Below are positions 7,101 through 12,800 of a stretch of DNA of 14,831 nt, piece by piece (the first letter of the stretch is position 1; the number at the start of each line of letters is the position of its first letter). Origin of the DNA: an uncultured Fibrobacterales bacterium. GTDB taxonomy: Bacteria > Fibrobacterota > Fibrobacteria > Fibrobacterales > CAWVXU01. The stretch is taken from contig CAWVXU010000065.1 of the NCBI GenBank assembly GCA_963934255.1, forward strand, positions 1-14,831. The letters run 5' to 3'. The position numbers and the translations under genes were made by a program. The notes beneath the pieces were generated by a model. The model was not told the DNA's origin. It ran no database searches and worked only from the letters and a program-made list of their open reading frames with translations.

Positions 7101-9590
7101 TGCAAAAGCATTGAGAACCGGTTGGCCTATTAGAGTAAATGTCAATAAACTTGCATCAGCATCGGAGACAAGAAGTTGAGCAATAAGAGTTAAGCTCGCA
7201 ATGTCCTCTTGGATAGTAAAAGATGTATTGCTGATGGTCGGAGCAGAGTCGTTGATATTATCAATATTAATCGTGATCGTGGCTGTATCTAGTCGAGTTC
7301 CGTCAGATACTTCAACCTTGATTATATGTATTTCATCCAATTCAAAATCAACGGAATCTGTGTTTTCAATCTGAACTATTCCGTCAGATGTGATCTTAAA
7401 AGCACCAACGTGTTCGTGTTCAATAATTTGATAAGTCAGTGGTGCATGATCTAAATCAACATCTGTAGCAACAAGTGTAGTCACTACGAAATCATTGGCT
7501 TCACCCTCGGACACATTAAATGCCGCATCCACCAATAATGGGGCATTGTCGTTTGTTTGCGTAATGGTGATTACTACATAAGAAATAGAGTCATCCTTCG
7601 CCAGATCAATACCACCGTCATTTAAGTTGTACCAAACAGTGTCTAATATTGTTTCACTACCGTCATGGTTGTAAGTGATTTCAGAACCGGCAATAGTTAC
7701 CGAACTTGAATAAAGCGCACCACCATTGGGCCCCACTAAAGAGTATGTTGGCGAAGTGAGTAACATCTTATCCACACCATCTGTGTCATTAGTTGAAATT
7801 TCAACTGTTCCACTTGCTCCCTCAATAACAGTCAGTGCATCTGGAAGTGCCCATGGTTTTTCATCATTTGTATTGGTGATTGTTAAGGTTAAAGTCTCTA
7901 CGTAAGTACCTCCAGCTTGGTCAGTCACTTCAACTTCAACTGTTATTGGATTGTTTGAATTCAAAACACCATTTGACTGCTCATAGACTGCGTTATTTTG
8001 CAAGGATAAAGTCGAGCCTGAAATCAATACTGTATTTGATCCAGCGGCTTGACTCACTATGGTGTAAGTTGATAAAGCTGCGTCGCCATCAGGGTCATTA
8101 TTTGATAGAATAATGTCGCCTTTAGAGCCTTCAGTTATCTCTGATGTGGAGGTGGTAATATCTGTAGGATTTTGGTTGCTAGCATCTTCTGAGTTAATTT
8201 TAATCAGATAAATTAAACTATTACTATTACGAAATACAGCATCAGGATCCACATCGAACACAATGACGTTGGGGTTTTTAAGGATTAAAGCAAAATACTC
8301 GATTCCACCGGCAACCGTTTCAGCCGTATCATCATCGTTAATCCATACTTTTATTTCTTCATTTGATGTTGTGGCGTTTGAATCAAAGTTTAAAGTTCCT
8401 GAGTTGGGACCTGCTCCATTGATTCCATAGATAAGGTCATTATTCGCTGTATTTCCAACTGATGCTCGGCGACCAGACCCTCCCCAAGAATCAAGGTTTG
8501 TTATAGCGCGGATTTCGTAATCAACCGAAGCGGCTTCAAGAGTTGGTGATTTTAATTCGATTGGGATGATGATTGGGCGGGAGTTGTTCGTAAATGTATC
8601 GCCATCAGAATCTTCTGGTATTTCATAAGTCGCTGCAGCCACAAGTTGAACATTAACGGGGTTGAAAGCTACAAACTTCCCATCATTTCCATTAAAATTC
8701 GCATTTTTATTCCAAATTCTTTTAGCGAGGATTTGTCCATTAAGAGTCACAGAGTGATCCACATAAACACCTTTAAACGGCGCTACAATCGAAGCATCAA
8801 TTTGCGTACTTGAGTTAATGGTCACACTGTCTGATGAATAAAGTAATACTTTGCCATAATCACTTGCCTCACTGGTTACAATCTTCCCAAGATTGTCAAC
8901 CTTGATCCGGCCTTTCACTAAAATTCTAACCGTTTGAGACTTGTTTTTAACAATTCTGATTCGGCCGTTATTATTGATTGTTAAAGATTTAAAATGATAA
9001 ATACCTGAATCTGAAGCGTTTAAAGTTAATGTACCACTTGGAACTACTACATGACCATAATTCCCTGGATTCAAACTCAAAGACCCACCCCATGGATATG
9101 TTTGATTTACCCCAGAAGTGTTAATGCTATTGAAAGTAGGTAATTCTGGAGTAGTTATCGTGGGAGCAGAATTAGAGTGAACACCCAATACTGAATGTAA
9201 CCCTGTGATCGAACCACCACGGGTTAAATTCTTTTTATAAAGCGCAACACCGCCTTCTACATTTCCTCCGACAAGGACATCTTCTTCTAAAATTAATGAC
9301 CCTTGTCCACCAGGTTGATTATAGCCGCCATATTTCAACCTATTGATACAACTTAAATCACCATTAATAATTAATTGCTTGGGAGCAACAAAATCACATA
9401 TTACTTTTGAACCAATTTTCCCACCAGTTGCTGTAATAGCATTCGCAGTTAATCTTAAACGATCTTGACCATAGAGTGAATAATTAATCAATTCACCACT
9501 CGGGTCAGCAGGGTGACCCGCAAATACTTGGCCTACACCGGCCATTAAAAACAATACAATAGATAAAACCAAAGCCTGAACGGACTTCAT
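3723..9590 (-). CDS. Giant secreted cadherin-repeat surface protein, putative adhesin (paralogue A), about 1955 aa
   Basis: The likely start is ATG 9590, with an SD-like AGGGA upstream. It is followed by a Sec signal peptide MKSVQALVLSIVLFLMAGVGQVFA. Domain order: beta-solenoid-like N-domain (9518-8658); Calx-beta (SGTLNF...IKVWINDDDTAE...EYFALILKNP, about 8657-8181); 10 repeats of about 100 aa (8180-5190); Ig-like domains (YEDPYGN, LDTTPP, YTDFAGN); DKDGDGIPD; C-terminal module ending in RVGYQRNDK. Confidence 0.9.
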   Translation of the reverse strand: MKSVQALVLSIVLFLMAGVGQVFAGHPADPSGELINYSLYGQDRLRLTANAITATGGKIGSKVICDFVAPKQLIINGDLSCINRLKYGGYNQPGGQGSLILEEDVLVGGNVEGGVALYKKNLTRGGSITGLHSVLGVHSNSAPTITTPELPTFNSINTSGVNQTYPWGGSLSLNPGNYGHVVVPSGTLTLNASDSGIYHFKSLTINNNGRIRIVKNKSQTVRILVKGRIKVDNLGKIVTSEASDYGKVLLYSSDSVTINSSTQIDASIVAPFKGVYVDHSVTLNGQILAKRIWNKNANFNGNDGKFVAFNPVNVQLVAAATYEIPEDSDGDTFTNNSRPIIIPIELKSPTLEAASVDYEIRAITNLDSWGGSGRRASVGNTANNDLIYGINGAGPNSGTLNFDSNATTSNEEIKVWINDDDTAETVAGGIEYFALILKNPNVIVFDVDPDAVFRNSNSLIYLIKINSEDASNQNPTDITTSTSEITEGSKGDIILSNNDPDGDAALSTYTIVSQAAGSNTVLISGSTLSLQNNAVYEQSNGVLNSNNPITVEVEVTDQAGGTYVETLTLTITNTNDEKPWALPDALTVIEGASGTVEISTNDTDGVDKMLLTSPTYSLVGPNGGALYSSSVTIAGSEITYNHDGSETILDTVWYNLNDGGIDLAKDDSISYVVITITQTNDNAPLLVDAAFNVSEGEANDFVVTTLVATDVDLDHAPLTYQIIEHEHVGAFKITSDGIVQIENTDSVDFELDEIHIIKVEVSDGTRLDTATITINIDNINDSAPTISNTSFTIQEDIASLTLIAQLLVSDADASLLTFTLIGQPVLNAFAVDASGQLSVVDGDMIDYESRQTHTLDVQVSDGVFTVNSTVTINVTDVNDNLPIYSDISFNIDEDIANGVLVGTHAATDLDTDTLSYQIIAEDYPGTFAIDSLGQITVLNNSSIDYEADPIQLLTIQVSDGLNTVDVTVTVNIQNLNDNIPVLTDISYTISESSPNGSNVGSLLAIDADGDLDILYYSIKTHEYFGAFNLNSVTGALTVSNTNLIDYETDPIHLLTVEVTDGFNTVEAQVTVNITNVNDNLPQIADKLFEVDEDEVNGYVVGSLSASDADNDALTMFISSQSYANAFAITPGGEIRVMDDTQLDFESDESHTLSVGVFDVGDTVYATVIIQLVDVNDNLPSVNSDTIYVTEAANPTHFLTFVVGVDLDKNDSFIYSITSGNTDSDLTIDVVNGRLTTQNRLDFETKPQYDLVITAVSNGDTVLSSMVIIVNNVNVPPIITADTLNIDENTLRGTIATGNVTAEDEDSSVLTWSLPGDTLFLIDSLTGVITLKNDSTLNFELSEYINVIFMVADDSGSTLKNVTIRLGDVNDAPVIDNQVIQIEENQPGGTVIGTITSTDEDAGSVATYSLIDSTKFVVDPATGDLMVREGVVLDFEDQKTYFLDVIVTDGEFADTNKTIVSLINVVEVAEIEIVKIFDESGRSVEGVDEFFTSDDSVTIVYDKGGVLDTIKYSVEEGLNRLQESNDDVTMDIHEKARAEVTVSKVIPILVIVVDSTVPLDTADNVYYINDTEDSIIVQITYVNEDLETITFDSLIATNEFAKEGKELTRTIFYEDPYGNINEIDVTVILDTTPPLLVILTPEHKSKHSTLELDVQWFTDDDGVLDTLNNIQLVSQGLYPITRSYTDFAGNSVSVTHVVTIKAAAAGAQIKIVDQVIEQKSNEEILEYFEKKERDTDPGLKNIKLDKDGDGIPDIELANLNVILPVHNSRSIENLTAVEIGIQTSEGLVKRQNLTEFDYYRNKGLIGPTLELTLHFPINGGYSASDSLREGSIPDSLRAACGQDSTMFKLKIDGITFFVFDHLGQYVTKVRFTGFDLSDPRYQDDKGKVTLALELPQLESGMKSEYGTNWGAGVYIFNGLINTSATPRACLSHIETIVKRTSKTTLLERVGYQRNDK
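5190..8180 (-). repeat. Stalk of 10 tandem repeats of about 100 aa (9 cadherin-type, 1 Big_9/VCBS-like) in paralogue A
   Basis: Recurrent cadherin Ca2+-linker motifs: xE near the start, DxD, AF, (I/L)D(Y/F)E, VxDG and (D/N)xNDNxP. Repeat 2 instead has NDTD...YNHDGSET..DTVWY...DGG. The repeats are too diverged to be obvious at DNA level. Confidence 0.88.
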
Positions 9591-9766
9591 AAGATTTTCC
9601 CTGTTAAGCACACAATATTATTACTTAAATTTAACAAATTTATGGTATACAAGTTGAAGACTTGTTTACAAAGAGCACTTCAACGTTCTTTATGTGTTCA
9701 AAATCACACCCAAAAAACCCAAGCCACTACATCAACAACGATTATCCGTTATTATCCAATACTTCC

Positions 9767-9798
9767 AAAAAAAAGGCGAACCCACAGAGGTTAGCCTC
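9767..9798 (-). terminator. Rho-independent terminator of paralogue B
   Basis: The minus strand reads AGGCTAACC-TCTGTG-GGTTCGCCT followed by a T run (A8 on + at 9767-9774). There is one mismatch in the stem. It lies about 29 nt after the TAA stop. Confidence 0.78.
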
Positions 9799-9827
9799 AA
9801 AATTGAAATTCACCATACCCGGACTAT

Positions 9828-12800
9828 TTAATCATTATTACGTTGATACCCCACTCTTTCGAGCAAAGTGGTTGAACTACGACGAGTAGGCAATGTGTTT
9901 ATATGACTCAGACAATCTCTCGGTGTTGCACTTGTTTTAATTAGACCGTTCATTATATACACACCAGCCCCCCAATTATCCCCAGCCTCTGATTTCAATC
10001 CATCTTTTAACTGAGGTAATTCTAATGCAAGAGTGACTTTACCTTCATCATCTTGATAATTTGGGTCGCTCAAATCAAATCCATTGAATCTGATTTGAGA
10101 AACATATTGACCAATATGATCATAGATGAAGAATTGAATTCCCTCTATTTTCAACTTAAACATAGTGGAGTCTTGACCACAAGCTGCTCGTAATGAATCA
10201 GGAATATATCCCTGACGCAAGGAATCACTTGCACTGTAACCACCATTAATTGGAAAGTTCAGTGTCAACTCTAGAGTTGGACCAATGAGACCTGTCTTTG
10301 GATTATATTCAAATTCAGTTAAATTTTTGCGCTTCACAACACCTTCACTTGTTTGAATTCCAATTTCCACAGCAGTAAGATTTTCAACAGAGCTAGAGTT
10401 ATGAATGGGGAGGATGACGTTTAAATTTGCGCGTTCAATATCAGGGATACCATCACCATCCTTATCAAGTATAATATTTTCTAGGCCAGGGTCACTATCA
10501 CGTTCTTTCTTTTCAAAATATGCGATAATTTCTTCTTCAGTTTTTTGTTCAACCACTTTATCTACAAGCTCAATTAAAGCTCCAGCTGCATCGGCATTAA
10601 TCGTCACAACATGAGTGACAGTCACAGAATTGCCCGCAAAATCAGAATAACTTCGAGTAATTGGGTATTTTCCTTGGGAAACCAATTGAACATTATTTAA
10701 AGTATCACGAACATCATTATCAGTTGTGATCCACATAACATCAAGCTCAAGTAATTTGTGTTTAGATTTGTGTTCCGGAGTCACAATTATCAACTCAGGT
10801 GGAGTTGTATCCAAAATCACATTCACATTAATTCTGGATTTATTCCCAAATGGATCAGTATAAATAATTGTTTTAGTACGTTCTTTACCTTCTTCAACAA
10901 AGTCTCCATTAGTGATTGTTGAATCAAAAGTGATTGTTTCAAGCTTCTCATTTACATATGTAATTTGAACTACAATTGCATCATTTTCTAAGTCATTGAT
11001 GTAATAAACATTTTCAGCCGAATCAAGAGGCACAGTTGAGTCGATGACTATGACAAGAACTGGAACCACTTTGGACACACTTACCTCGGCACGTACGGTT
11101 TCATGGATGTCCATTGTTTCATCATCATTCGTTTCTTTAAGGATATTGAGCCCTTCTTCAACTGAATATTTAATGGTATCAAGTACTCCATTTTTGTCAT
11201 AGATTATAGAGACCGAATCATCAGAAGTAAAAAATTCATCGACACCTTTTACAGTGCGACCTGACTCGTCAAATATTTCAACGATTTCAATCGTTGCAAC
11301 TTCAACGACATTGATAAGAGATATAATTGTTTTGTTCGTATCAGCATATTGACCATCGCTCACAATCACATCAAGGAAATGCGTTTTCTGATCTTCATAG
11401 TCAAGTTCTGTGCTATATCGAACAGTTAATTCACCCGTGAGGGAGTCAATTTTGAATAAACTATCGTCAATTAAGGAGTATATAATAACAGCATCAGCAT
11501 CCTCGTCAGTTGAAGTAATTGTGCCGATCACAGTGCCAGGGGCTTGGTTTTCTTTAATCTGAATCACTTGATTATCAATGACTGGTGCATCATTCACATC
11601 ACCTAAATATACAGATACAGATTTGTATGAAGTTGAATAGTCGTCAGAGGCAGTCAATGTTATGGGAATTGTCCCTTGGGTTTCGTAGTTTAAAGTCGAA
11701 TCTTGTTTTAAAGTTAATTGGCCTGTGAGTGAATCAATATTAAAATAAGTTGAATCAACTAGGCCCCAAATAACTTGAGTCGAATCTGCATCTTCACCAG
11801 TAAACGGACCAGTAACAATCTCTCCCTCAAGAGTATTTTCATCTATGCGAAGAGTATCAAGTAGAGTGATGACTGGCTTCACATTTACATTAATGATAAT
11901 TATTCGGATTGAAGCAGTTGTAGTATCACTATTAGAAGTGGTATACACAACCAAATCATAAATTGAATCCCGTTCATAGATCAAGTCATTTGACACCGTC
12001 AAAACTCCACTTACCGGATCGACAATGAAATCAGAATTGCTATTTCCCGATTGAATAAAGTAACCCAGGTTATCATTTTTATCCCCATCACTACCGACTA
12101 AAGTTGTCACAATAGACCCGATGGATACTTCTTCGGAAATTGAGATCGTATCGCCATTCAGGGTAGGTAAATTATCATTTACATCAGTGAGGAATATAGA
12201 AATGAAGGCCGTGGCTGAATCAATACCATCAGTCACCATCACCGTCACATCGAGCTTGGTATTATTTCCATCAAAGTCAAATGTTGAATTATCATTCACG
12301 ACAAAAACTCCATTTGAATCATAGGTGAATGCACCCGATATTTCCTGACTAACGATACTATAAGTCAAATCGAGTCCATCAGCATCATAACCCAATTTAA
12401 CACCTACAGTATCGCCTATTAAGGCGGCTTCACTGATTGAGAAAATTGTATCAGTAAATATTAAAGGATTGTCATTGACGTTAGTAAGATTAACTGTCAC
12501 TTGAGCAGTGTCGAAATAAACCCCATCACTCACCTGAACAGAGATGACATGTGTGATTGCAGTTTCATAATCAATTAAAGTGTTATCTAAGATTCTTAAT
12601 TCACCTATATCTCTTAGAGCAAATGCATTTCCAGGTGATTGGCTTATAATAGAGTACTCTAATAAATCACCATCCAAATCTGAGCCTGTTAATGTATCCA
12701 ATACGAAGCCCACTGGTTCATCTTCATCTATTGTGTAGACTATGTCATCTAGAATTGGTTTGATATCATTCACATTAGTGATATTGATGGTTATTACGCT

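Noticed and set aside
9600..9660. Sigma70 promoter for paralogue A
   Set aside because: The region is AT-rich with partial hexamers (TTGTAT, TAAATT, TAATAT on the - strand), but no -35/-10 pair has a 16-18 nt spacer, so it cannot be placed confidently.
9662..9889. 75-aa + strand ORF between the paralogues, and likewise 3699-3905
   Set aside because: Both have TTG starts without a convincing SD and overlap the antisense 3' end of an adhesin gene. The 9662 ORF also runs through a terminator.
4252..10614. Two mutually similar + strand ORFs (4252-4473 and 10405-10614)
   Set aside because: They are antisense shadows of the conserved region of the two paralogues, which fully explains their similarity.
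3723..11606. Similar 3' regions as a diversity-generating retroelement TR/VR pair
   Set aside because: Differences are spread over all bases and many are synonymous rather than adenine-specific. Both copies are intact genes, and there is no reverse transcriptase in the window.
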